A stretch of 62,311 bases of DNA, the filler included. It is 4 parts of 4 records of this genome, joined end to end, with 100 filler letters (N's around TTAATTAATTAA, not from the genome) between each part and the next. Parts side by side here need not be neighbours in the genome. Positions count along the whole stretch, not along the records: positions 1 to 12,618 come from DRR378314_444; 3 more parts are not named here. The stretch is one strand, 5' to 3'. Below are positions 1 through 9,807 of this stretch, in pieces (the stretch's first letter is position 1; every line of letters begins with the position of its first letter). The notes under the pieces are model-generated. The model worked only from the letters and a program-made list of their open reading frames with translations, was not told where the DNA came from and searched no databases. Made by a program: the position numbers and the translations under genes.

Positions 1-36
1 CGCTGGAGATAGATTTATTATCCAGAGTTCGGGTTT
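1..36. repeat. End of a dispersed repeat / MITE-like element at contig start
   Basis: Positions 1-35 match the reverse complement of 12582-12616 at 33/35 positions. Confidence 0.75.
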
Positions 37-148
37 ATAAGCATTAATAAATTGTTTAACCTATTAATGGGGGGGTTGGTCGCTATAAAATTGAACTTAT
101 TTGATTAATTTGACACAGTACGCTTACGAATATTTAACAGGATTAATT

Positions 149-2590
149 ATGAAAAAGGCGGTTGTTACTTTAGGCTCACTGCTTGTGCCTCTTGCGTTCT
201 CAGGTACAGTGGCTGCATCATCTGTAGAGCAAACAAAAGGGTCGTTTGTTGATAAGTTTCGTCAATTAGATGAAGCCCTGCCTACTCCTAATGTATATAG
301 AAGTGCAGCGGGTGAGCCGGGCGAAAAATATTGGCAACAAGAAGTAAACTACGAGATTGATGCTAAATTAGATGAAAAACAACGCCGCCTTAGTGCGAGT
401 CAAACAATAGAATATAAAAATAACTCGCCGCATACGTTAAAATACCTTTGGTTACAGTTAGATCAAAACATATTCAAAAGTGACTCCATTGCAGAACGAA
501 CTGCGACGTTTAAAGGAGCAGCATTACAAGGGCGTCCTGATGCTAAAGCTACCAAATTAAGTTTAGGACAGTTACGCCGCCAGCAGTTTATGAGTGACAA
601 CGAACTCGGCTTCGCAATTGCGAATGTTAAAGATGATAGTGGTGATGAACTTAAGGTAACGGTTGTAGATACCTTAATGCGCATTGATTTAAATGAGCCA
701 TTAAAGCCAGGTAAAGACGTTGAGTTTAGCATGGACTTTGCGTTTAACATTGTTGAGGAAGATGCGGTAGGTGCGCGCTCTGGTTATGAGCATTTTGAGG
801 ACGATGGCAATGATATATTTTTGCTTGCGCAGTGGTTCCCTCGCCTAGCTGCTTACACTGATTACGAAGCGTGGACCAATAAAGCCTTTTTAGGTAGCGG
901 TGAATTTACTCTAGAGTTCGGTGATTACGATGTTGAGCTAACGGTGCCAGCTGACCATATTGTATCTGCTACAGGTAAGCTTGATAACGCAAGCTCAGTA
1001 CTTACACGGACCCAGCGTAACCGTTTAAAAGACGCTGAAAACGCTAAGCGCCCTGTTTTTATCGTGACAGAAGAAGAAGCCTTAGAGAACGAAAAACAAG
1101 GCACCGATAAAACTAAAACATGGCACTTCAAAGCTGAAAACGTGCGTGATTTTGCATGGGCGTCATCACGTAAGTTTGTGTGGGATGCTAAAGGCTACCA
1201 GCAAGGTGGAGATGAGCAGCCATTGGTTATGGCAATGTCATTCTTCCCTAAAGAAGGGGGCGATTTATGGAAAAAGTATTCTACTGAGTCTGTGGTTCAT
1301 ACCATGGAGGTGTATTCGCGCTTTTCATTTGACTACCCCTACCCTGTCGCACAATCAGTAAATGGCCCTGTAGGTGGCATGGAATACCCTATGATTACCT
1401 TCAATGGCCCTCGTACGGAATTACAAGATGACGGTACTCGTACTTATTCACAAGCTGAGAAGCGCTTTTTGATTGGTGTGGTAATTCATGAAGTGGGTCA
1501 CATCTACTTTCCTATGATTGTAAATTCAGACGAACGCCAATGGACATGGATGGATGAAGGTTTAAATAGCTTCTTAGATGGTGTGGCAGGCCGAGAGTGG
1601 GATCATACTATCCCATGGGGCGTAGAGCCGCGCGATATTGTTGCTTACATGAAATCAGAAAACCAAGTGCCTGTAATGACACAGTCTGACAGTGTATTAC
1701 GTTTAGGCCCTAATGCTTACACCAAGCCGGCAGCTGCGTTAAATATCTTGCGAGAAGTCGTGTTAGGCCGTGAGTTGTTTGATTTTGCCTTTAAAGAGTA
1801 TGCGCAGCGCTGGAAGTATAAGCGCCCTACTCCTGCTGACTTTTTCCGTACCATGGAAGAAGCATCTGGTGTTGATTTAGATTGGTTCTGGCGTGGCTGG
1901 TTCTATACCACTGACCATGTCGATATCTCTTTAGATAAAGTTTACAAACTGCAGCTTGATACTAAAAATCCTGATATAGACTTTAATCGTTTACGTGATA
2001 TTGAAGCAGATAAACCTATGCCGCTTTTCGTTGAACGGAATAAAGCAGAAGGTAAAAAACTATGGGTTGATGAAAACCCAGATGTGACAGATTTCTACGA
2101 TGGCAATGATCGTTTTACTGTGACCAACAAAGAGCGTAACGCGTATAACAAGTTCTTAAAGGGTCTTAAACCTTGGGAACGTAAAGTGTTTGATCGCGCT
2201 ATCGAAGAAGATAAAAACTATTATGTTCTTGAGTTTTCAAACGTAGGCGGTCTAGTAATGCCTATTTTGCTAGAACTAACCTATGAAGATGGCAGCAAAG
2301 AAATGCAGACTATACCTGCTGAGATCTGGCGCCGTAACCATAAACATGTGCAAAAGCTAATAATTACTGATAAAGACAAAAACCTTGTGTCTGTGTCGTT
2401 AGATCCTCGCTGGGAAACGGCGGATGTAAATGTTGAAAATAATCATTATCCACGTCAAATTATCCCTTCGCGTATTGAAGTGTATAAGCGTAAAAAGAGC
2501 ACTGCTAAAGTACGTCGCGATATCATGCAAGATATCAAAACAGAGCTTAAAAAAGACGATGAAAAAGACGATACTAAGGAGCAAAATTAA
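149..2590 (+). CDS. M1 family zinc aminopeptidase, secreted
   Basis: GGMEY and HEVGH-x18-E motifs; signal peptide from ATG 149 with AGGA upstream (ORF track starts at TTG 101). Confidence 0.92.
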   Translation: MKKAVVTLGSLLVPLAFSGTVAASSVEQTKGSFVDKFRQLDEALPTPNVYRSAAGEPGEKYWQQEVNYEIDAKLDEKQRRLSASQTIEYKNNSPHTLKYLWLQLDQNIFKSDSIAERTATFKGAALQGRPDAKATKLSLGQLRRQQFMSDNELGFAIANVKDDSGDELKVTVVDTLMRIDLNEPLKPGKDVEFSMDFAFNIVEEDAVGARSGYEHFEDDGNDIFLLAQWFPRLAAYTDYEAWTNKAFLGSGEFTLEFGDYDVELTVPADHIVSATGKLDNASSVLTRTQRNRLKDAENAKRPVFIVTEEEALENEKQGTDKTKTWHFKAENVRDFAWASSRKFVWDAKGYQQGGDEQPLVMAMSFFPKEGGDLWKKYSTESVVHTMEVYSRFSFDYPYPVAQSVNGPVGGMEYPMITFNGPRTELQDDGTRTYSQAEKRFLIGVVIHEVGHIYFPMIVNSDERQWTWMDEGLNSFLDGVAGREWDHTIPWGVEPRDIVAYMKSENQVPVMTQSDSVLRLGPNAYTKPAAALNILREVVLGRELFDFAFKEYAQRWKYKRPTPADFFRTMEEASGVDLDWFWRGWFYTTDHVDISLDKVYKLQLDTKNPDIDFNRLRDIEADKPMPLFVERNKAEGKKLWVDENPDVTDFYDGNDRFTVTNKERNAYNKFLKGLKPWERKVFDRAIEEDKNYYVLEFSNVGGLVMPILLELTYEDGSKEMQTIPAEIWRRNHKHVQKLIITDKDKNLVSVSLDPRWETADVNVENNHYPRQIIPSRIEVYKRKKSTAKVRRDIMQDIKTELKKDDEKDDTKEQN

Positions 2591-3105
2591 TGCGCATAAT
2601 GCTCATTTTTTTAGCTTTGCTGATTGCTGCGCCGGCTATGGCGCATCAACTTAAAGCATCTGTAACAACGGTGCTATTCAATAAAAGAACGAGTAATATT
2701 GAGCTTATGCATCGCTTTTATTTACATGATACAGAACATGCTGTGGAACATTTGTTCCCAGGAGGCGCTGATATTATTAGCAATAAAGCAGATCAACAAC
2801 GCTTCGTTAACTATGTTGAATCGCATGTTGCCCTTCAAACTCTCAATGGTGAGCCTTTAGCGCTTAGCGAAGTGGGAGCGCAAGTGGATGGTAAATTCTT
2901 TTGGGTGTATCAAGAAGCGCCAATTCCTAAAGGTATTAAAGGTATTAGAATGAGTCACGGTGCGCTAAGAGATCTTTGGCCTGCTCAAGTTAATATGGTG
3001 AATGTTGAAGGGCGAGGTAAAGTGAAAACATTACACTTTACGCAAAGTGATACATGGCTCGAGGCACGTTTTGAGCCTAAAGAGGGGTTGCCCTCAAAGC
3101 CATAA
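2590..3105 (+). CDS. DUF6702-like secreted protein coupled to the M1 peptidase
   Basis: TAATG overlap with upstream stop; signal peptide ending AMA-H; HRFYLHDTEHA segment. Confidence 0.7.
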   Translation: MRIMLIFLALLIAAPAMAHQLKASVTTVLFNKRTSNIELMHRFYLHDTEHAVEHLFPGGADIISNKADQQRFVNYVESHVALQTLNGEPLALSEVGAQVDGKFFWVYQEAPIPKGIKGIRMSHGALRDLWPAQVNMVNVEGRGKVKTLHFTQSDTWLEARFEPKEGLPSKP

Positions 3106-3174
3106 CTAAAGAGCTATATGCTTAAGTGTTTAAACGCCAGAGTTTAATCAAACGCTTCTATGAATCCCAACTTT

Positions 3175-3202
3175 CGCGCGCAGTAGTTTTGCGCGCGTTT
3201 TT
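3175..3202 (+). terminator. Intrinsic terminator
   Basis: CGCGCGCA-7nt-TGCGCGCG followed by TTTTT. Confidence 0.65.
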
Positions 3203-3266
3203 AAATCTCTAAAAAAATATGCATGATCGTTTGCATATTCAAGTGCGTAAACTATCTTAAAGTAAC

Positions 3267-3932
3267 GTGAGAGATACCATGAAAAACCAATCATATACAA
3301 GGATTAGTATGGATATTGATAACCACTGTATTGAAGGCGTAATTTTTGACCTTGACGGTACCTTAGTATCTTCCGAGTTGGACTTTACGCTGATTAAGGC
3401 ACAGCTTAATTGCCCTGCGGATCACGACCTGCTGAGTTTCATTGCCGCACTCCCCTCTCCTTATATGCGTGAAGAAGCGATGAACATTGTGCATCAGCAT
3501 GAGCTTATTGATGCACAACATGCGACCTTACTGCCAGGTGTTGCTCAAACTGTGGACTACCTCAATAAAATGGGTATTCCAATGGCTATAGTGACACGAA
3601 ACTATGACCAAGCAGCTGCGCTTAAACTCAAAAACAACCCATTACCCATTAAAACTGTACTAACACGCAGCGACGCCCCACCAAAGCCAAACCCTAGCGC
3701 TTTAAATGCAATAGCCACGCTGTGGGAGTTAGAGCAACACAAGTTAATTTACGTTGGCGATTATTTGTATGATATACAAGCTGCTAAAAATGCAAAAATG
3801 CGCTCTTGTCTTTATGCACCTGATGTAATTCCTGATTATGCAAAGCAGGCGGATTATATTTTGCATCACTTTAGTGAGCTTGCAGAATTAGTTGATGATT
3901 TAGCAAAAACACCCGCGTTAAATCATAATTAA
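3267..3932 (+). CDS. HAD-superfamily hydrolase (phosphoglycolate phosphatase-like)
   Basis: FDLDGTL motif I, KP motif III, GD-xxx-D motif IV; true start may be ATG 3279 or 3309. Confidence 0.88.
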   Translation: MRDTMKNQSYTRISMDIDNHCIEGVIFDLDGTLVSSELDFTLIKAQLNCPADHDLLSFIAALPSPYMREEAMNIVHQHELIDAQHATLLPGVAQTVDYLNKMGIPMAIVTRNYDQAAALKLKNNPLPIKTVLTRSDAPPKPNPSALNAIATLWELEQHKLIYVGDYLYDIQAAKNAKMRSCLYAPDVIPDYAKQADYILHHFSELAELVDDLAKTPALNHN

Positions 3933-4092
3933 TGCTGTAATCATTATTATGTTAAATTGCCTTGTGTCTTTAGTTTGGTTGGTAATTCATCTATTTGAGG
4001 TGAATTTGAATAATTGTGATTTTAGCTACTAGCTCAACACTACCTGAGTTGTTAAAATATAAGTAATACCGATATTAAATCAGAGGCACAAG

Positions 4093-4824
4093 ATGGGCAG
4101 AGCATTTGAAGTCCGCAAAAGTTCAATGGCTAAAACAGCCAATGCAAAGACTAAAGTTAATTCTAAATACGGTAAAGAAATTTACGTTGTCGCCAAAAAT
4201 GGTGAGCCTGATCCTGAGGTTAACCAAGCGCTGAAACGCATTATTGACCGCGCTAAGCGTGATCAAGTTCCAGCCCACGTTATTGACAATGCAATAAAAA
4301 AAGCAGCAGGTGGTGCAGGAGAAGATTACTCCACAGCCCGTTATGAGGGATATGGACCTGGTAACTGTATGGTTATTGTTGACTGCTTGACCGACAACCC
4401 AAATCGTACCATCAAAGATGTTCGTTTACCTTTCACAAAAACAGAATCAAAAATAGGCACGCCAGGCTGTGTTGCGCACATGTTTGACCATTTAGCTGTA
4501 CTCGGCTTCAGTGGTGATGACGATGAAGTTGTGTTAGAAGCGCTGATGATGGCTGACGTTGATGTTACTGATGTTGAAGTTGAGAATGGAAAGGTTTCTG
4601 TATTTGCTCCTCATACTGAATACTACAAAGCAAAAACAGCGTTGGAAGAAGCATTTGAAGGTATTATTTTTGAAGTAGACGAAATTACCTTTGTGCCGCA
4701 AGTGCACGTAGATATCACTGATGAAGATGATATTGCTAACTTTGATAAGTTTATCAACATGCTTGAAGATTGTGACGATGTACAAAACGTTTATCACAAT
4801 GCAACGGTTGTGAGTGAAGGGTAG
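4093..4824 (+). CDS. YebC/PmpR family protein
   Basis: MGRAF start, [23 protein letters not shown] motifs. Confidence 0.95.
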   Translation: MGRAFEVRKSSMAKTANAKTKVNSKYGKEIYVVAKNGEPDPEVNQALKRIIDRAKRDQVPAHVIDNAIKKAAGGAGEDYSTARYEGYGPGNCMVIVDCLTDNPNRTIKDVRLPFTKTESKIGTPGCVAHMFDHLAVLGFSGDDDEVVLEALMMADVDVTDVEVENGKVSVFAPHTEYYKAKTALEEAFEGIIFEVDEITFVPQVHVDITDEDDIANFDKFINMLEDCDDVQNVYHNATVVSEG

Positions 4825-5035
4825 CAGCGAATTTACCTCGAGAAAATGAGGACGTTTGCGGTGGCAAGCCACTCGCCGACAAGTAATGCCGTCGCGCAGC
4901 TGTAGGTCGTCATTTATCGCGACACGCGCCTACCTCACAATAGAGGACAAAAGGCGCCGCGTAACAGAGAATAAACTTAGTAAGAGTTATTTCTACTGTG
5001 CGAGCTCTGCATTCTCAGTAGTTAATGCATTATTC

Positions 5036-5066
5036 AAGGCGCATTATTTTTAATGCGCTTTTTTTG
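5036..5066 (+). terminator. Intrinsic terminator downstream of yebC-family gene
   Basis: GCGCATTA-TTTT-TAATGCGC followed by T7. Confidence 0.65.
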
Positions 5067-5106
5067 ATTGCTGAATGTTAGCCATTCATTGTAGTTATGG
5101 GTGAGC

Positions 5107-5133
5107 AAAAAAAAGCCAACCTAGAGGCTGGCT
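5107..5133 (-). terminator. Intrinsic terminator of glcB
   Basis: Minus strand AGCCAGCC-loop-GGTTGGCT followed by a T run. Confidence 0.6.
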
Positions 5134-5162
5134 ATATGACACAAATAAACTCGAAGGGGGAG

Positions 5163-7346
5163 TTATCTCTGCATTGCTTTATATTTGATACGAAAAGAAT
5201 GCAGTAAAGGTTCAGTATATCCACTAGGCTGTTTAGTGCCTTCAATAACAAGGGCTAGAGCAGCTTGATAGGCAATACTATTGCTCAGGCTTTGAGGTGA
5301 GTCAGCCATATTAGTATACGCTGAGTCATGTGCATTTTGGCCATCAACCACTTTTGCCATTTTTGCCATTGTGCTTTCAACTTGGGCTTGAGTACATACG
5401 CCATGTGCTAGCCAATTGGCCATATGTTGGCTTGAAATCCTCAGTGTAGCGCGGTCTTCCATTAATCCAATGTGGTTAATGTCAGGTACTTTTGAGCAGC
5501 CAATACCTTGGTCAACCCAGCGCACAACATACCCTAAAATACCTTGTGCATTGTTATCAAGCTCTGCTTGGATGTCTTCTTTACTTAACGAGCTTGGGTC
5601 GTCCATTAAAGGTGGGGTAAGTAAATCATTCAAACTTGCTTCCTTGCGCTGCGCAATGCGCTTCTGACAGGTAAATACATCAATATCATGATAGTGCATC
5701 GCATGCAGTGTCGCAGCCGTGGGAGAGGGGACCCAGGCGGTATTTGCACCAGACTGTGGGTGGGCAACTTTTTGATCCATCATTAATGCCATTTTATCAG
5801 GCATTGGCCACATTCCTTTGCCAATTTGAGCTCGGCCACTTAACCCTGTTTGTAAACCAATATCAACATTTCTATCTTCATACGCGCTGATCCAAGGTTG
5901 TTGCTTGATAGCTGCTTTTGGCATGACTACACCAGCTTGCATTGAAGTGTGTATTTCATCGCCAGTGCGGTCTAAAAACCCGGTATTAATAAACACAACG
6001 CGCTTCTTAGCGGCTTCAATACACGCCTTTAAGTTTACTGAGGTACGGCGCTCTTCATCCATAATACCCATTTTAATGGTGTTTTGGGGAAGATTTAGTA
6101 CTTCTTCAACGCGCGAAAATAAAGTATTTGTAAATGCCACTTCTTCAGGGCCATGCATCTTGGGTTTTACAATATTGATGCTTGTTGCAGATGAGTTCTT
6201 CACTGCACTTTGGCCATTTAAATCATGAAGTGCGGCGGTTACGGTGATCATCGCATCCATGATACCTTCAAATACATCGTCGCCTTTGCTATCTTGAATT
6301 GCAGGGTTTGTCATGAGGTGACCAACATTTCGGACAAACATCATGCTGCGACCTTTTAGTGTCAATTGTTTACCATCAAGCCCAGTGAAGTGGCGATCGC
6401 TAGATAGTGAGCGCTCTACTGTTTGCCCGCCTTTGGTAAATGACTCAACTAAACTGCCATTCATTAAGCCAAGCCAGTTCTGGTAAACCTGAACTTTATC
6501 TTGTGCATCAACGGCTGCTACAGAGTCTTCACAATCCATAATGGTGGTTAAAGCGGCTTCTAATACAACATCTTTTAGGCCTGCTTTATCAGCTTTGCCA
6601 ATCGGGTGCTGATGGTCAATTTGCAGCTCAACATGTAGCCCATTGTTTTTAAGTAAAATAGCGTGTGGGTTTTGCGCTTCACCGACAAAGCCAACCAACT
6701 GATCAGGTTGTTTTAAGCATGTTTGTGAACTGTCACGTAAAGTAATAATTAGCTGACCATTGACGATAGAATAATTGGTGCTTTCAATGTGAGAGCCACA
6801 CTCCAAAGGCAGAGACTTATCTAGAAATTGCCTTGCATAGGCCATGACTTTAAAACCTCGTACAGGGTTATAGGTAGACCCTTTTTCTGCGCCATCATCT
6901 TCTGTTAGTACATCCGTGCCGTAAAGTGCATCGTATAGTGAACCCCAGCGAGCGTTTGCTGCATTTAGTGCAAAACGTGCATTACTTACAGGCACAACAA
7001 GTTGTGGACCAGCACATTGTGCAATTTCTGGCTCTACATTTTGAGTTTCGATTTTAAAATCTTCTGGTTGAGGAACTAAGTACCCAATTTCACTCAAAAA
7101 TGTGTGGTATTGCTGAGCATCCCATTGCGAATTGCGTTGATGATAATCATCAATTTTTGCTTGTAAAGTATCGCGCTTAGCAAGCAATGCACGGTTAATT
7201 GGGGTTAATTCGTCAATTATATTTGCAAAGCCTTGCCAAAACTGTTGCTCGCTGACGTCAGTACCAGGTAACAATTGATTATTAATAAAGTCGGCTAATT
7301 GAGTATTTACAGTTAAGCCAAATTGACTGTGAGAGTGGGTTGTCAT
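5163..7346 (-). CDS. glcB: Malate synthase G
   Basis: 727 aa; [56 protein letters not shown]. Confidence 0.97.
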   Translation of the reverse strand: MTTHSHSQFGLTVNTQLADFINNQLLPGTDVSEQQFWQGFANIIDELTPINRALLAKRDTLQAKIDDYHQRNSQWDAQQYHTFLSEIGYLVPQPEDFKIETQNVEPEIAQCAGPQLVVPVSNARFALNAANARWGSLYDALYGTDVLTEDDGAEKGSTYNPVRGFKVMAYARQFLDKSLPLECGSHIESTNYSIVNGQLIITLRDSSQTCLKQPDQLVGFVGEAQNPHAILLKNNGLHVELQIDHQHPIGKADKAGLKDVVLEAALTTIMDCEDSVAAVDAQDKVQVYQNWLGLMNGSLVESFTKGGQTVERSLSSDRHFTGLDGKQLTLKGRSMMFVRNVGHLMTNPAIQDSKGDDVFEGIMDAMITVTAALHDLNGQSAVKNSSATSINIVKPKMHGPEEVAFTNTLFSRVEEVLNLPQNTIKMGIMDEERRTSVNLKACIEAAKKRVVFINTGFLDRTGDEIHTSMQAGVVMPKAAIKQQPWISAYEDRNVDIGLQTGLSGRAQIGKGMWPMPDKMALMMDQKVAHPQSGANTAWVPSPTAATLHAMHYHDIDVFTCQKRIAQRKEASLNDLLTPPLMDDPSSLSKEDIQAELDNNAQGILGYVVRWVDQGIGCSKVPDINHIGLMEDRATLRISSQHMANWLAHGVCTQAQVESTMAKMAKVVDGQNAHDSAYTNMADSPQSLSNSIAYQAALALVIEGTKQPSGYTEPLLHSFRIKYKAMQR

Positions 7347-7584
7347 AGTTGCTATCCTTTAAACGGTCGAACTGCATAAATTTATTATGTGCTAACCATA
7401 ACGTAAAAATAGCGATATAGGTGCCCTTAAGCCATTCACAAAAAATATACTCAGCATAACAACTATAAATTTACTAAATCATAAAAATCCGCCTAATGTT
7501 TAGTTAACCGCTAAGGAGCAAACACTCCTAGCCACTCTCACAACAAAATAAATATTAGCTTAACCCGTTCAAAGGATTTTTATT

Positions 7585-9186
7585 ATGAGTACATATCAAC
7601 AGCACACAGACACCCTAGCAACACTTTGCGAAACACAGGGCAAAACATGGCAGGCAATTAACCCTGAGTATGCAAGTCGCATGCGCTTACAAAATCGCTT
7701 TCGTACCGGGCTTGATATTGCTCAATTTACTGCTGACATAATGCGTGAAGACATGGCTGCTTATGATGCAGACACAAGTCAATACACACAGTCTTTAGGT
7801 TGTTGGCATGGCTTTACTGCACAGCAAATGATGATGGCTATTAAGCGCCACCAAAAAACGACTAAGCGCAGTTATGTATACTTAAGTGGTTGGATGGTTG
7901 CTGCTCTTCGTTCTGAGTTTGGCCCATTACCAGACCAAAGTATGCACGAGAAAACTTCAGTGCCTGCGTTGATTGAAGAAATTTATACCTTTTTAAAACA
8001 AGCCGATGCCCGTGAGCTTGACCATTTATTTAAAGATCTTGATGCTGCAAAAGCAAATGGTGGTGATGTGCAGGCAGTACTTGACAAAATTAACAATTTT
8101 GAAAGCCATGTAGTGCCTATCATTGCAGATATTGATGCCGGTTTTGGTAATGAAGAAGCAACATATTTACTGGCTAAAAAGATGATTGAGGCAGGTGCGT
8201 GTGCCATTCAAATCGAAAACCAAGTATCTGATGCAAAACAATGTGGTCACCAAGCAGGTAAAGTAACAGTACCGCATGAAGACTTTTTAGCAAAAATTAA
8301 CGCTGTTCGTTATGCCTTTTTAGAATTGGGTATTGATAACGGTGTTATTGTTGCTCGTACCGACTCACTTGGCGCAAGTTTGACGCAAAAAGTACCAGTA
8401 TCACAAACGCCTGGGGATTTAGCGAGCCAGTACAACGCATTTTTAGAAACGACGCCAATTAATACAGTTGAAGACTTAAATGAAGGCGATACCGCGATGA
8501 AGCTAAACGGTCAACTTTGTAAACCAACCCGTCTAGAAAACGGTTTGTACCAATTCCGTGAAGGCACTGAAAAAGACCGCGTAGTATTAGACTGTGTTAC
8601 AAGCCTACAATCAGGGGCAGATCTATTGTGGATTGAAACTGAAAAACCACATGTTAAGCAAATTGCAGAGCTAGTAAACCGAGTTAAAGAGCAAGTACCT
8701 GATGCAAAACTTGTTTATAACAACTCTCCTTCGTTCAACTGGACACTGAAATTCCGTGAGCAAGTGTATCAAGAATGGCAAGATGCAGGACGAGATTTAT
8801 CAGCTTACCCAAGCATTGACGACAACAAAGCGCTTATGGCTCCAGAGATGGACGGCACAGAGCTTGCTCAGGCCGCGGATGTATTAGTACAAAACTTCCA
8901 GCGTGACGGTGCAAGAGAAGCGGGCATTTTCCATCACCTAATCACATTACCTACATACCATACAGCGGCGCTTAGCACCGATATTTTATCAGAAGGGTAT
9001 TTCGGCGACCTAGGTATGCTGGCTTATGTACGTGATGTTCAACGTCAAGAAATTCGTCGTGAGCAAGCGTCTGTTAAGCACCAAGACTTAGCAGGTTCAA
9101 ATATGGGCGATACACACAAAGAGTATTTCTCAGGTGACAATGCACTGAAAGCCGGTGGCGAAGCAAACACAATGAACCAGTTCTAA
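7585..9186 (+). CDS. aceA: Isocitrate lyase (long ~530 aa type)
   Basis: YLSGWMVAA, IIADIDAGFG, catalytic KQCGH, YNNSPSFNW. Confidence 0.97.
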   Translation: MSTYQQHTDTLATLCETQGKTWQAINPEYASRMRLQNRFRTGLDIAQFTADIMREDMAAYDADTSQYTQSLGCWHGFTAQQMMMAIKRHQKTTKRSYVYLSGWMVAALRSEFGPLPDQSMHEKTSVPALIEEIYTFLKQADARELDHLFKDLDAAKANGGDVQAVLDKINNFESHVVPIIADIDAGFGNEEATYLLAKKMIEAGACAIQIENQVSDAKQCGHQAGKVTVPHEDFLAKINAVRYAFLELGIDNGVIVARTDSLGASLTQKVPVSQTPGDLASQYNAFLETTPINTVEDLNEGDTAMKLNGQLCKPTRLENGLYQFREGTEKDRVVLDCVTSLQSGADLLWIETEKPHVKQIAELVNRVKEQVPDAKLVYNNSPSFNWTLKFREQVYQEWQDAGRDLSAYPSIDDNKALMAPEMDGTELAQAADVLVQNFQRDGAREAGIFHHLITLPTYHTAALSTDILSEGYFGDLGMLAYVRDVQRQEIRREQASVKHQDLAGSNMGDTHKEYFSGDNALKAGGEANTMNQF

Positions 9187-9215
9187 GGTCTATATTTCCT
9201 AGTCAACAATGTTAC

Positions 9216-9237
9216 AAGGGCCGCAAGGCCCTTTTTT
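9216..9237 (+). terminator. Intrinsic terminator of aceA
   Basis: AAGGGCC-GCAA-GGCCCTT plus T run. Confidence 0.85.
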
Positions 9238-9301
9238 AGTTGATAGCGAAACCAAAAATCAAAAGTAAAAAGGCTGGTTATGCAAAGCTTAGCTTCACTC
9301 A

Positions 9302-9405
9302 GATCACGATTTAACTAGCTGGCAGTGCGACAGTTACGATTTGGATCAGAGTTTAACTAGCTGCTAATTTGCGCCTAAACTTTTGGATCAGAATTTAATC
9401 AGCTG
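9302..9405. repeat. Array A: three 20-bp direct repeats with a 42-bp period
   Basis: GATCACGATTTAACTAGCTG (9302), GATCAGAGTTTAACTAGCTG (9344), GATCAGAATTTAATCAGCTG (9386). Confidence 0.85.
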
Positions 9406-9516
9406 CGCTTTTGCTCGCTATTTTTTAATCAAACGGGTGGTTGAATGGCTTTTTTGGCAGGTTATAAGGACTATTTTGAGAGGAAATAGCTGTAACTGCC
9501 CTTTAAACTAAAAATA

Positions 9517-9652
9517 TAAACCGATTTTTTACCAACTCTAAGCGAGGATAAACCACTTTTTTACCAACTCAAACGCCGTAAACAGTGACTCAAACCGATT
9601 TTTTACTAACTTAACGACCTAAAAATGTCATAAACCGAAATTTTACTAACTC
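9517..9652. repeat. Array B: four 22-bp direct repeats
   Basis: Consensus TAAACCGATTTTTTACYAACTC at 9517, 9549, 9591, 9631. Confidence 0.88.
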
Positions 9653-9768
9653 AATTAACTTACAAAGTCCGATATTTTTTTAAGTATGTGAGGAGTTACT
9701 TACATCACTGTTGTAAAGGGGGTTTACAATAAGTGAGCCGTGGCTCATAGCAAAAGATAAAATACTTA

Positions 9769-9800
9769 TAGTGGCTAGGTTTACCTAAACCTAGCCACTA
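9769..9800 (-). terminator. Perfect 15-bp inverted repeat, probable terminator of the S9 peptidase gene
   Basis: TAGTGGCTAGGTTTA-CC-TAAACCTAGCCACTA, 7 nt after the stop. Confidence 0.7.
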
Positions 9801-9807
9801 GAAACTT

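Noticed and set aside
4856..5053. 65-aa ORF after yebC
   Set aside because: TTG start, no family features, overlaps palindromic repeats and a terminator
9302..9652. CRISPR array
   Set aside because: Repeats are 20-22 bp and degenerate, spacers are only 10-22 bp and irregular in array B, and no cas gene is present; reported as unexplained repeats instead
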